The position numbers and the translations under genes were made by a program. A DNA stretch of 63,737 nt, counting the filler, from Octopus bimaculoides (lineage: Eukaryota): NCBI RefSeq assembly GCF_001194135.2. It is 8 parts of 8 records of this genome, joined end to end, with 100 filler letters (N's around TTAATTAATTAA, not from the genome) between each part and the next. Parts side by side here need not be neighbours in the genome. Positions count along the whole stretch, not along the records: positions 17,533 to 33,289 come from NC_068992.1; positions 33,390 to 53,539 come from NC_068982.1; 6 more parts are not named here. One strand, given 5' to 3'. The stretch's first letter is position 1. Every line of letters starts with the position of its first letter. Below the pieces are notes generated by a model, which ran no database searches, had not been told where the DNA came from, and saw only the letters and a program-made list of their open reading frames with translations. Positions 26,903 through 40,992 of this stretch are shown piece by piece.

Positions 26903-27915
26903 AGCAATCTAAGCCTTTATTCCCAGTGACACACCTTACTTTCAAGTAGTACTCATAGCAGTAGTAGATGAAAACAGCTCAAAGCATAAAAGATATTTTT
27001 GCATGTTAATTACACCAACCTCAGACGTATGTCAATGGATGTGTGTTAACTTACATGCATACACTGAAACAGTAGTAACTTGGTGTGTTCTGACTACATC
27101 ATTGTTATATGCAGAAAGCTATTTTTCATCCCTGAGTGAAGAAGATAGCTCTTGTCTTTTAACTAATTAGTAAAACTGATAATGTAAACCAGTGAACAGT
27201 CAACTCCTGAAACAACCCGCCATCATGTTTTAGATTCATACAGCTCAGCTGCAGATGTTAAAACAATAATGATAAACAGGAACACCAAAGTAAGCAACAA
27301 TATTTTATCAAGTTTGTTGTCTTCTCTCAACAATCTTTTTTATATCTTTTACATGTCTCATTAAATGGACTGCAGCCATGCTGGAGCACTGTTCTAAAAG
27401 GTTTAGTCAAACAAATCAATCCCAATACTTATTTCTTAAGCCTGGTACTTCGTCTATCAGTGTATTTTGCCAAATTATGAAATTATGGGGATGTAAACAA
27501 ACCAACACCAGCTGCCAAGCAATGGTGAGGCAACAAACACACATACATACATTTATAAATTGAAAGGTGTAATGAATAAACATTATTGTAATCGGTTAAA
27601 ACAGCTTTATGTCATTCCCAAATTATCAAAAATCGAATATAAATATATATTAAAATAACAGGGCACCCAATGGTAAAATCCAATCATATAAAATATACAC
27701 ATGTACACAAATAAAAGGTGATAAACCCTAAAAGAGTAACACAAGTGAAGTGGAATGAAGAAAAATATATATGGAATAAATTCATGCATAATAAAGGTGA
27801 CTAAAAATTTAAGGCAATGAAGCTAAAATAATATACATAAAAATACAAGAGTATGAATAGAAAAAGTAAATAAATAATAAAGTGTAAGGAAACCAGAACA
27901 GAGTCCATTTAAGCC

Positions 27916-28010
27916 CATCTCTACGATCATTTCAAAGAATGCTGATTCACATCGTTAATGTACAATCCATTAAGGAAATCCAACGGCAACAACTTTTCAT
28001 CAGGAGAAAA
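27916..28010 (-). ncRNA. Type I hammerhead ribozyme motif (PLE pLTR copy, intact core)
   Basis: Minus strand reads ttttctc-CTGATGA-aaag...cttt-GAAA-T-GATC-G-TA|gaga. Stem I is TCTC/GAGA, stem II AAAG/CTTT, and stem III is short with a palindromic GATC. Confidence 0.65.
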
Positions 28011-28459
28011 CTTCACATTTCTGGTTATTACATTGTTTAATTGCAGACAAGTTAAAATGGACAAGTTATAAAAAAATAAAATAAAATAAAAAGTTATAAT
28101 AATACAGTGGATTCAAGCAAGGATTAGTCCATTGTCCATTTCAAAGATAAAGAATTGCTACAAGTATTACTCTAATAGCAATAAATCTTCAATTAAGTTT
28201 TCAAATTCGTTAACACCAAACTTGGGGTCCATTATTGCTTCTTTGAATAGAAAATAAATGGAAGGTGTAATTTGGCACCTGTTGCAGATGTGCATGCCAA
28301 TAATATGGTTAATAATCCAGGGGACAATGATAAATTATGGCATTCTTCACTGCCTTCAGGCGTTGACAATTCAGCGCTTGGGAATGTTTCTGTTGGAAAA
28401 AAATGCGGACCCTTTTAAATTTGCAGGGACTGTTGGGACCCTGAAATTTAGTTGTAATT

Positions 28460-28880
28460 TCAGAACCCCAAATTTATGCCCCCTTAAGGGGTTTGCATAA
28501 GAAAAAACGTAGTCTATAAATGTATTGTTAAAGGGGGGAATAATTTAGTTAGGGAATATAATTGGAGCACTATTGATTTTAAAAGGAGATATAGGGACCA
28601 AATGAGTTCATTTTTGAATGCCAAATACTCCAATTCTACCACATTGGCATCCTATATTCATGATTTGAAGAAGAGTAATATGAGCTATACTATTGAATGG
28701 TCAGTCCTGTCCGACCCCCCACCAACCCACATTTTAATGCTAATTTAAACAGATGTAGATTACGTCTAAGGGAATCATACTTGATTCTTAAATGTTTTAG
28801 TTCAAAACTCCTTAATAAATTTTCTGATGTTCTTCCTTTTTGTAACCATAGGTTTTTCTCAACCTTCTTGAGTAGATACA
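28460..28880 (+). pseudogene. Degenerate PLE GIY-YIG endonuclease domain
   Basis: CNFRTPNLCPLKG (CxxC linker) is followed by NVVYKCIV...Y(IG)ST-x-x-FKRRY...STTLASYIHDLK...IEWSVL...RCRLRLRE...LLNKFSD...FCNH. YIG is recoverable only with compensating indels. Confidence 0.75.
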
Positions 28881-29122
28881 AAAATAAGGGTAAAATTAAA
28901 ATGAGATGTTTCAGAGGACCATCTGAGCCGTGATCTCAAATTGAAATTGAGTAAAACCTGCAGCAAATTCTTTATCTTTGAAATGGACAATGGACTAATC
29001 CTTGCTTGAATCCACTGAAATGGACAATGGACTAATCCTTGCTTGAATCCACTGAATTTTAACTTTTTTTTGTTTTTATAACTTGTCTGCAATTGAACGA
29101 TGTAATAACCAGAAATGTGAAG

Positions 29123-29215
29123 TTTTCTCATGATGAAAAGGTGTTGCCATTGGATTTCCTTAATGGATTGCACATTAACAATGTGAAGCAGCATCCTTTG
29201 AAACGATCATAGAGA
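29123..29215 (+). ncRNA. Type I hammerhead motif, mutated copy
   Basis: ttttctc-ATGATGA-aaaggtgttgc...gcagcatccttt-GAAAC-GATC-ATA|gaga. C3 is changed to A and stem III has a C/A mismatch, so it is probably inactive. Confidence 0.55.
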
Positions 29216-32200
29216 CGTGCTTAAATGGACTGTACATTATTTATTTACCTTTTATATTTATACTCTTGTTTTTTTATATATTTATATTATTTTAGCTCCA
29301 TTGCCTTAAATTTTTAGTCACCTTTATTATGCATGAATTTATTCCCTTTATATTTTTTCATTCAACTTTACTCCTATAGGTTTCATCACCTTTTATTCGT
29401 GTACATTTTATACTATTGGGTTTTACCATTGGGTGCCCTATTATTTAAATATATATTTATATTCGATTTTTGATAATTTGGGAATGCTATAAAGTTGTTT
29501 TGACTGATTGGAGTGTTTATTCATTATACCTTTCAATTTATTTCTCCTTTCACCTCGGTGTCCCCTGAGCACATCCAGCTGCAGTCCTATTTTCAGTTTT
29601 GCTCTTCGGTTTAATGAAGTTATAAAAATATCTTCTTAAACATATGTATGCAATGGGCTTCTATATAGTTTTCATCTACCAAATTCCCTCACAAAGAATT
29701 GGTTGGACCAGGATTATGTTAGAGGACACTTGTCCAAGGTGCTGTGCAGTGGGACTGAACCCAAAACCACATGATTACAAAGAAAGCTTCTTAGCCACAC
29801 AGCCATGCCTTGAAAAGGAATAAGCAGTGTAAAGTGGTATTAGACATTCAAAACATCAATTTGAGACTTAAAGGAGACAACAGACTCACAGGTGGGACTC
29901 AAATCATGCATCGATCACGTTCCCTCTGCCTCATAAAATAATTCAACAGCACTTAAGAGTTTGCAATTTTATTAATGTTCAAAACATGATGGAGTATTCC
30001 ACTTTCGTTCAAGACAGAACAGAGCAACACACCCAATAAGATATGTGTTTATCACTAAAATCATACAGTTAAAATATGATGAACAATTTACAGCAGCTGA
30101 TTTGGGAATATGGAGTATCAGGTACTCTAGATCAGGGATCTATAACTATTGGGCTACAGAACAGTATCAGGCCACACAGAAGGAATAAATTTTTCATTTT
30201 TATTTCTATTTTACTGGTTATCACAGTCTGCAGGTTGGTTTATTTTGAGAAAATTATCATTTCTGTCTGTGCCTTGTTCCCACACTTGTCTTTTTTTTTT
30301 TTTTATATTTCTATGAACCGATAAATTAAGCCCACAAGCTAACTGAAAGAGTAATAAGAACACTAAATTCCTTTCTTGTATACACACACACACATATATA
30401 TATATATTACAATGTAACAATTACATTATGTGTACAATTATTGAATTAATATATATATTATGCAATTTGTGTTTTGTCATGTGCATGACTAAATTCCCAC
30501 CCACCCTTGGTCCATCAAAAAATTGTCTTGCATGAAACTGGTCTGTAGTGCAAAAAAAGGATGGTAACTACTGCTCTAGACATATGGTTCTGTTGCTTTC
30601 TGTACTAGATTGGTGTGAGAAGCAACTACAGTATATTCTTTGTATTTTTCTTCTATTATTATTATTATCATTACTATTGTTGTTGTTGTTATTAAAGCAG
30701 CAAACTGGCAGAATTGTTAGCAAGCTGGGCAAAATGTTTAGCAGCATTTCATCTGTTTCCATGTTCTGAGTTCAAATCCCACCAAGGTCAACTGTGCTTG
30801 CCTTTTGTCATCCCTGCATACATCATATTCTTTTCCACTCTAGGCACAAGGTCTGAAATTTGGGGAGAGCGGGCCAGTCAATTAGATCGACCCCGGTACG
30901 CAAGTGGTACTTAACTTATTGACTCTAAAAGGATGAAAGGCAAAGTCAACTCCATAAAGACAGATGAAATACCTCTAAGCATTTCACCTGGTGTGCTAGC
31001 CGCCTTCTGCACATATCATATTGCCATGCTCCCTATGGACCATTTTCTCATTCAATCTACTTCTGTAACATATCAATATTCTAGAATTCTGACCATGGTC
31101 ATGTTTTTTTCTGCAGATATTGAAGCTGGACATGAACAACATCAGTTTCTCAAGTCACAAAGGGCCTGCAAAGGTCATGCTACAGTCACAACTCATTTGA
31201 AACTGTCTTAGATATGTTCAATGAGAATCAACCAGAAATGTCTAACAAGAACAATTTCTTTACATTGGAATAAAGGAAAAGTCTTCGGCTGAAAACTTTT
31301 TAAGACCTCCAGCAATCAGAGTTGATCCTATATCTTCTCCCTGGAGTCTCCTAGCCAAGATTTTATATTGCAAATCAGCAGTTGCCCATGCAGCAACTCT
31401 CGCTTCTCTACACCATGGATGTTGCCCAGCATGAAGGCAAGACTGATAAAGCTGGACACCAGTGCCATCACAAGTAAACTCAGAACATAGGAACCTAGAA
31501 CAAACACCAAAAGGCAGTTTATTTAATACTCTTAACAATTCCACCAATCCATAAACCCAGACTTATCTTATAGGTCAAAGTCAACCCAACAGGAAATGAA
31601 CCGAGAATGTAAAGAGCTGGTTAAGACAACAATACTGTGAATTATTTGTCAGACACTAAAGCAATTTCACGAATCTATGACCTACTAAGTACAACAATTA
31701 AATGAATAGACCCATAGAGTCTTTCTATATATAAGCTCATCTAATATATCTTCTCATATGCATAGAAGTGGCTCAAGTGGAAGATACATTAAATTGCCTT
31801 AACAGCTATACTTGTACAAATATTTTACATAATGAAAGACTAATGTTGTTGTTTAGTTTCCAAACCTGCTTTGATCTAACAGATACAAAGATATTAAATT
31901 CTGTCTTTTAACATACTCAGGACAATACTGTCTAATCATTAATTTTAATGAATCCTTCCATTTTTGTTTAAAGATCGCAAAATGTGATTTGAGGGAATAT
32001 TAATTGTCATTTGTGGTAGGTTGAGCAACTGTGTAGATACTATTTTGCTAGATCATATTAATTTAATGAATACAGACCGGATATCATAGTAAAGACTGAT
32101 ATCTTGTAAATTTTCAATATCATAAAAGAAACTGATATTTTTTGAAAAGCCCAAAAAGAAAGATAATATTTGACTTAATATACTAATGTACTATAAGGTA

Positions 32201-32231
32201 ACCTAGTCTAATTTATAATAATAATAATAAT

Positions 32232-32344
<113 letters not shown>

Positions 32345-32996
32345 CATAATATTATTTCTATTCAAATACTGGTTATGAAATTGAGCTTCATAATAACAAT
32401 TAGTGATAATTTCATTTCCAATTTATATTCTGAATAAATAATATTTTTTTTTAAATCTGTTTGAATATGAAATTATACAGTAACAACAACAAGTGTTTAT
32501 TGTATTTTCCCAATTTGAAGATCAAAAGCAAAGTTATGCTTCTTCTAAATTCAAAGACAAACGGACATAAAAGAAATACAAGGTAACTCTTTCAAATGGA
32601 AATCAAATTTTCTACCAAAGAATTCACTCAAAGATTAATAAATAGGCAACTTTAAGATTTCTTTTTTATTTTGAAAGTGGCATTTGTTTAATAATAATGT
32701 TGTTGTTATTATTATTATTATTATTATAACTGACAACATATTTATTGAAGAAAGAGAAAATTTTGATAAGATTACTATGACTAAAAGCAGTTATTGATTT
32801 AAGAGATAAAAAAGAAGTAATTTGTCTTGGTGCTAGGACACATTAACTGTAGGATAATCTTCATCTGGGAATTGGAGGATGTACGATTTCAGCTAGATAT
32901 AATGTAAACCAAGAGGAAAGTCAAAGTGAATAAAATCTTGTAAGTGACCAAGAAGATGAAGAGCTGCTATTGTAGTTGAAAGTGGCCACTATATTT

Positions 32997-33035
<39 letters not shown>

Positions 33036-33244
33036 TCTTTTACTCGTTTCAATCATTTGACTGCAGCCATGCTGGAGCACCACCTTTAGTCAAACAAATT
33101 GATTCCAGGACTTATTTTTTGTAAGCCTAGTATTTATTTTATCGAGCTCTTTTGCTGAACCGCTAAGTTACAGGGGATGTAAACACACCAACATCAGTTG
33201 TCAAGTGATGGTGGGGGAATAAACACAGACACACACATATATAC

Positions 33245-33289
<45 letters not shown>

Positions 33290-33389
33290 NNNNNNNNNNN
33301 NNNNNNNNNNNNNNNNNNNNNNNNNNNNNNNNNTTAATTAATTAANNNNNNNNNNNNNNNNNNNNNNNNNNNNNNNNNNNNNNNNNNNN

Positions 33390-33424
<35 letters not shown>

Positions 33425-33497
33425 CTTATACGTATATATATATATATATATGCATATATATATATATGTATACATATATATGCATATATACATGTAT

Positions 33498-33530
<33 letters not shown>

Positions 33531-34077
33531 CACACACACATATATATATATATATATTTATATATGTACATACACACACACATATGTGTGCGTGTGTGTG
33601 CGCAATCAAATAACAGTTATCTAAAGACAGTTCAATTAGTATGTAAATCTAATGTAATTATTTGAACGCTTTACGTATTTTCCTAATTAGTGAAACCCTT
33701 ATCAAATTAGAAAATTAATATGCATTCACAAATTTTCAAGCTGTTTCTATTCGTTGATAGGTGCAATTGCATGATAAACTTATGGGAATATGTACGGGTA
33801 GTTAATTTTATCAATAAAAAAATATTTTTTTAAAGTCTGTATTGGTATACAGTTAATTTTAATCAATATGGGTATACAACAAATCGAGTTATTTATTTAC
33901 AGTATAGTGTGCGGAATACTTTTAATGCTAGTTATAAAGTTTCTTTACAGTTACTTACTTGCATCTGTTTAATAGACTAATATAAACCACAGACACAGAC
34001 ACAGAGACACACACATACTTATATATGTATAAGTATATTTATATCTATGCATGTAATTATAAGCATACACACATAAT

Positions 34078-34111
<34 letters not shown>

Positions 34112-34208
34112 AATTCAAAAAAGGATAAAACTCTTTTACAAGAATTTTATCAAGAAGCCAGTGTGTAAAAGAATTCATTAGGGAAATTTCTATTCCCAAG
34201 AATATAAT

Positions 34209-34355
34209 TATTCGTTTATATTTATATAAAGGGCATTATTATAGAATTATTATATGGTACTAAATGTGGTACTAAATGTGGTTATTTTGAGAAGTCCACT
34301 GTGTGGCGTTATTATTTTTCTATAATAATGCCCTTTATATAAATATAAACGAATA
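34209..34355. repeat. Perfect 38-bp inverted repeat (MITE-like hairpin)
   Basis: 34209-34246 TATTCGTTTATATTTATATAAAGGGCATTATTATAGAA is the exact reverse complement of 34318-34355. Confidence 0.9.
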
Positions 34356-34724
34356 TATATANNNNNNNNNNNNNNNNNNNNNNNNNNNNNNNNNNNNNNN
34401 NNNNNNNNNNNNNNNNNNNNNNNNNNNNNNNNNNNNNNNNNNNNNNNNNNNNNNNNNNNNNNNNNNNNNNNNNNNNNNNNNNNNNNNNNNNNNNNNNNNN
34501 NNNNNNNNNNNNNNNNNNNNNNNNNNNNNNNNNNNNNNNNNNNNNNNNNNNNNNNNNNNNNNNNNNNNNNNNNNNNNNNNNNNNNNNNNNNNNNNNNNNN
34601 NNNNNNNNNNNNNNNNNNNNNNNNNNNNNNNNNNNNNNNNNNNNNNNNNNNNNNNNNNNNNNNNNNNNNNNNNNNNNNNNNNNNNNNNNTACATATATAT
34701 ATGTATATATATATATATATATAT

Positions 34725-34757
<33 letters not shown>

Positions 34758-37708
34758 TACATACATACATATATATATATACATATATATATACACATAT
34801 ACATATACATGTACACATAAGTAATTAAATATATTCTAATATACTTACACACGTTACTATATCTAATTTGGCATGTAAATATATGTAGCATATATGTAAA
34901 TGTATGTATGCGTATATATATCTATATATCTACATATGTATCTATATCAATAAATTGTAAATGCAAAAATAAAAACAAAAACACAAAAGATTCTGCGGTA
35001 CACGTGTTTCAAGCTTTATAGTTGTTACATCAGTGTATAAATGACAATATAAAGCTATCTTCAGCCGCAAATGTATTCTCTCCCAAGAATTATATCACAT
35101 AGGCGTTAAAGGAGGAAGAAAGATGAGATATAAGAGGTGAGGTTCCGTTTGGTATTGTAACTATATATGTATATTTATATTTATATACATACACACACAC
35201 ACACACATATATATTTATAACTATTGATATATATAACTTTTGAAATATATAAATAAAAAAAGTGATTTTGAGTGTTTGTGCGTAATCTAGACAATAGGTA
35301 ATACTTGAAATTTTTTCTCGTGTTTTAGTTGTAATATCGTCATTTGGTGAAACATTTCTATCCTTTTTTGATTCGCGTCAATGTATTTTTACTTGCTAAC
35401 AGATCATGCGCTCTAGGCAATGGTAAAATCAGAAACATTGGCTCCATTCATGGAAAAATATGTTTCTGATGTTTTAGAAAGCATATTTATTGTATAAGGT
35501 GTTATACTTTTCTATCTTCGGTTTGAAAAGGAGAAATATTTCCAATTGACTATTTTATAATAGAAACATGCAATATTGATTAAAGCTGTGAAGCTGACAT
35601 AGATGAAGACATACACGTTTGGTATGTTCAAATATCTGGTTCAAATGTTGCCATTTTAAATAATAAAAGAAACAATCTTTGTCTTTGAAGAATACACACA
35701 CACACACACACGCACGCGCACACTCACATATGTATATATGCATATAAATATGCACGTATATATGGAAGCTTACATATACGTGCATCCTAACATATTTATT
35801 TGGTTGCATAAGAGAAAATGAGAGAGAGAGAGTTGAGGGGAGAGAGAATAATGTCTGTATGAATACATATAAAATCATTTAGAATGACATGCAAATATAA
35901 AAGCACGGATACTCGTGTATACACATCTTTAATAAAGCGCATGCCCGGATTCTCTTTTTTATGTTCAGAAAATTTACTGAAATAAAATAATCTTTTAGTT
36001 TTACTTACCTTTAAAATTCCATGGGAAAGTTGAAAATAAAATAAAATACAAAGATAAATAAACAGTATACTTTATTGTCTTTAATAAAAAAAAAACATTA
36101 AATTTCATTAACACATTTTAAATTAAAGAAAATCGGTGATATTTGAATTGATTAAGCTAATGATCATTGTAGTAATTTTAATCTCAAAAAGAATCTATGT
36201 TGATATGACGCATTGACACCGTATCAGAAATCTTCAGGTATGTAGGCAATTGGGTCGAACCTATTTTGTAACTTATGTCTTACTTAACCTCAGTTCCCCG
36301 TATATCGAGCTGACATGTGAGGAAATGAGTTTCATATATGACTATCTTGCCATTTGGTAACTGAAAAACTATTGTTCAATGTGTCAGATGGTTGGCTCCG
36401 ATCTGAGGAAAATTTCGCCGAAATTTTTAACAGATCGACAGACAGCTCAGACATCTTCATAAGCTCAATTTGTATAACTTTTATCCACTCTGGTAGGTTG
36501 AAATTTACATTCGACTCTGTGAGGTTTGAAGCCAGGATGTCAACGAATGACAGTAAATACTTTAGCGTAGGTAGTACGTCGTTCTACCGTGTCTACCAAT
36601 TCACTGCAATTAGGAAGAACACGTATTGAGAATCGAAACACATGAAAAATGTTTAACACACTAAAGAGAAATCAGAAAATATTTAAAATGAGACTTATAT
36701 AATGATAGAACATTGGTGAAATATTTAACACAAAATGTCAGCTACATTTAATCTACTTTGCGAAATGAAACAATATGGTTTAAAGCTTTTGTTGTACAGT
36801 TGGTCTTTTTACTTTATTGAAGATTCAAATATTTGAGTAGAACTATTGATTTGTCATCTAACAATATATAAGTATGACCGTATATATGTATATACAAAAG
36901 TATACTAATACATACACACATACACACATATATGTATATATATGTGCATGTGTACGTCCGTATGTCTGTTATTTGTATGAATACAAACGTATTTGTAGTG
37001 TTATGGGGATATGCATTGATGTGAGTCTGTATGCATACACAGCTACAGCGAATAACTGTTAAGTCGGTATGCTTGCTTGTGTTTTTAAGGTTTAGGTTTT
37101 CTGTTTAATATTTCTCAATGCGGAAAGGTCAAATAAGAAACAAAAGAAAAATTATAGATGAAAAAATTGTTGTGTATATTCCAGAAGGGGAGATTAAAAA
37201 TAAAATTATAGAAGTCAATGCTGAAATTTTTAACAACAAAAATAATATCTATTGTAATGGCAGGAACTGATCCAAAATATATATAAACAAGTTAATAGAT
37301 TGAACAGTCGAAAAAAGAAAATGGTGGTGAGAGCAATGAAAAAGAAACAATAGCTGTTCTGTTGCCAATTCGATTTCAAATGGTGAATTGCCAAAAGGAA
37401 AATGTGCCATATATCCTAGTGGCAATGAATAGATCTTAATGAATATTGAACTTGTGTAGATCATTGATGAAATAGTTACATGCAAGCCAAACAAATTTCT
37501 TATATGGAAACCAGCCAAACTAGCCAAAATTTAGTTCCAAACTACAACACTTCGATTTGTCTACCAATCAGAATTACACATAAACATCAATGTCTCTCCT
37601 CCCATCCTAGTTTGCTATCCTTAGTTGGTTGTAATCAGATTTTAGTTTTGATTTGTTTCTGTCTCAAGTTAGAATTTTATACTTTTATACATTAAACAAA
37701 CGCCTGCA

Positions 37709-37778
<70 letters not shown>

Positions 37779-38591
37779 AATATGTATGTATATATATATT
37801 AATGTATATGTGCATATACAGTTATGTATATATAAGATATATGTATGCGTACTTATATATATACATACACTCCATACATACATACATATATACATACATA
37901 TGTAGGTAGGTACATATATAAGTATGTGCATGTATGTATACAGAATGAACAGGATACAATATTCCTTTATTTCACGCACTAATAGTACCATAAACAGAAT
38001 ACATTGCAAACCGCTTGCAGATGATAGAAACGTATTGATTTTGATCAGACTTTCCCTTCGGATACTGAAAAAATAGAATTCGGATTTCAGTGCTACTTTT
38101 TGATGTAATGTAAATGGAACACAAGCCGTTCTAGGCTACCTTCAAAAATTAATGGCATGAGACATTTACAGTAAACACTAAATTTTTATTACCCGTGTAA
38201 TTATTACCAAAAATGAAATTACCGACAACTGTATAAGGGTAAAAAAAATATATGAATATATTTGAGGAATTAAAAAGGGAGTCTGGTAATTCAATTTAAA
38301 ATACTTAATGACAATTACTACGATATTCTGGGCTCAAGTTTCAGTGGATGTTCACAATAGTACGTCTTAATAAGTCCTATCTATTTATGAATTTTAAAAG
38401 ATATAAATTTTTATTTGAGCAATATATTATGTGAGGCACAACGTGAGAATACTTGGAGTTAATTGTATACTGAGATTTTCAAATATTTGAAAAGAGTGAT
38501 AAGGAGTTAATGCTCTTTAGTTTCAGATTTATAACCTGGAGTTATATATATACACACATATATATATGTGTGTATATATATATTTATATCC

Positions 38592-38681
<90 letters not shown>

Positions 38682-39238
38682 ATATATACATATATATATA
38701 CACATNNNNNNNNNNNNNNNNNNNNNNNNNNNNNNNNNNNNNNNNNNNNNNNNNNNNNNNNNNNNNNNNNNNNNNNNNNNNNNNNNNNNNNNNNNNNNNN
38801 NNNNNNNNNNNNNNNNNNNNNNNNNNNNNNNNNNNNNNNNNNNNNNNNNNNNNNNNNNNNNNNNNNNNNNNNNNNNNNNNNNNNNNNNNNNNNNNNNNNN
38901 NNNNNNNNNNNNNNNNNNNNNNNNNNNNNNNNNNNNNNNNNNNNNNNNNNNNNNNNNNNNNNNNNNNNNNNNNNNNNNNNNNNNNNNNNNNNNNNNNNNN
39001 NNNNNNNNNNNNNNNNNNNNNNNNNNNNNNNNNNNNNNNNNNNNNNNNNNNNNNNNNNNNNNNNNNNNNNNNNNNNNNNNNNNNNNNNNNNNNNNNNNNN
39101 NNNNNNNNNNNNNNNNNNNNNNNNNNNNNNNNNNNNNNNNNNNNNNNNNNNNNNNNNNNNNNNNNNNNNNNNNNNNNNNNNNNNNNNNNNNNNNNNNNNN
39201 NNNNNNNNNNNNNNNNNNNNNNNNNNNNNNNNNNNNNN

Positions 39239-40080
39239 CATCAACTTGCTATGAAAGCAAGTAGTAATTTCACCTTCTCTTTATTTTTAGTGCAAGTTTT
39301 GAAGAGTGCAGTTCGAATTTAACAGTTACTTTTTCAAAGCTAAAATGGAAGCGACAATGGAGCATATTCGGTATATTTTGCTTTATGAGTTCAATAAAGG
39401 CAACAACGGAACGCAAAGTGCGAGGAATATTAATGTCAAATATGGGGATCGGACAATAAGCGTAAGCCAGTGTCAACGGTGGTTCCAGAAATTCCGAGTG
39501 GAAACTACAGCCCAGAAGACGAGCCTCGTCTAGGAAGCCCTATAGCGCTTGACAAGAACGTCCTGCAAAACCTGGTGGAACAAAATCCCATCACAACTCT
39601 CTTGAGAAACTAACAGAGAAGCTTGGATTTGGTCATTCAATCAGTAATTCAAATCAGTGCTTGAAGAAAAAGACCATCTTTGGTTTCAAGACGAAAGGTG
39701 TTATTCCATCAGGATAACGCTCACCTACATACAGCGAGGATGACATTCCAAAGGCTGGAGCAGTCTCATTGGGAAACGTTACCCCCATCCATCATATTCG
39801 CTGGATATTGCCCCATCTGATTATCATTTATTCAGCAGTCTTCAAAATCATTTGGACGGGAAAAATATGAATTCTGAGGCCAGAACAGTAATGGAGGAGT
39901 ATTTTTCGTCACGGACAAGTTGATTTTGGAAGAGGGGCCTTGCAAGTCTACTCGATGGATGGAAGGCCATTATAGAAAATCAAGGAGAGTATATTTTAAA
40001 TAAAAAAAGAACTTTGTTTATCATAATTTTGATATAACAAGTATAAAAAAACCGCATTATTTATGGGATGAAACAATATA
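39239..40080 (+). mobile_element. Mariner-family transposon, internally deleted and degenerate
   Basis: HIRYILLYEFNKG...ARNINVKYG...CQRWFQKFR (HTH region), HQDNA, and DIAPSDYHLF-like segments. The terminal sequence cgcattatttatgggatg...ta resembles a mariner TIR. The 5' TIR would fall in the preceding gap. Confidence 0.85.
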
Positions 40081-40259
40081 AACAATGGTTACTATGTTTC
40101 ATATTGATATTGGAATGACCTTTATACGTCAACATCTCCTAATTACAGTCCTCTGTAGATGTTGAATGTAGATAGACAACTATAATTCAACATTCAGATA
40201 TCTATGATTTGTGATTTGCGGCGACATGCAAGTATACATATATCTATATATGAGTATGC

Positions 40260-40292
<33 letters not shown>

Positions 40293-40753
40293 CGTGCGTG
40301 CGTGTGTGTGTGTGTGTGTGTGTTTGTGTGTGTGCGCGTATGCGCGTGTGTGTGTCTGAGTATGTGTGTCTGAGTGTGTGTGTATTTAGTCTCTCTCTGT
40401 TTTGATTTGTATGGGTACCGTTGGATTATGTAATATTTAATTAGGAGTTGAATTGTGATACCTTTCAATTGACAGCTGAAGATATGATCATATAGGGTGA
40501 AGAGATCGATCCTGTTACAACTACCTCAGGATACGGGTTTTCGGACTTATGTAAATTGTTATGTAAGACCAATAATTTCGGGATGTCGTCTGTAACTTCG
40601 CCTTTACAAAACTCATATAAATTTAACAACTTAAAATATCTACACTTTCTTCCAAAGGCCGATTCTCGGTGTTTTAGCTGAGATTAAAGTAAAGTTAACA
40701 ATTCGACCAACTATAATCACAACAGATAGGTCACAACAAATATCTATCTATCC

Positions 40754-40928
<175 letters not shown>

Positions 40929-40958
40929 CATCTATCTATCTATCTATCTTCACACACA

Positions 40959-40992
<34 letters not shown>

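Larger units (their letters stand above)
27555..29541 (+). mobile_element. Penelope-like element (PLE), 5'-truncated, with inverted pseudo-LTR arms
   Basis: Arms 27555-28172 and 28949-29541 are diverged reverse complements of each other. Between them lies a degenerate GIY-YIG endonuclease relic on +. Each arm holds a hammerhead motif. Confidence 0.82.

Noticed and set aside
30933-31547. Overlapping 60-95 aa ORFs on both strands
   Set aside because: No recognisable motif and no consistent splice pair; probably an old unclassified repeat.
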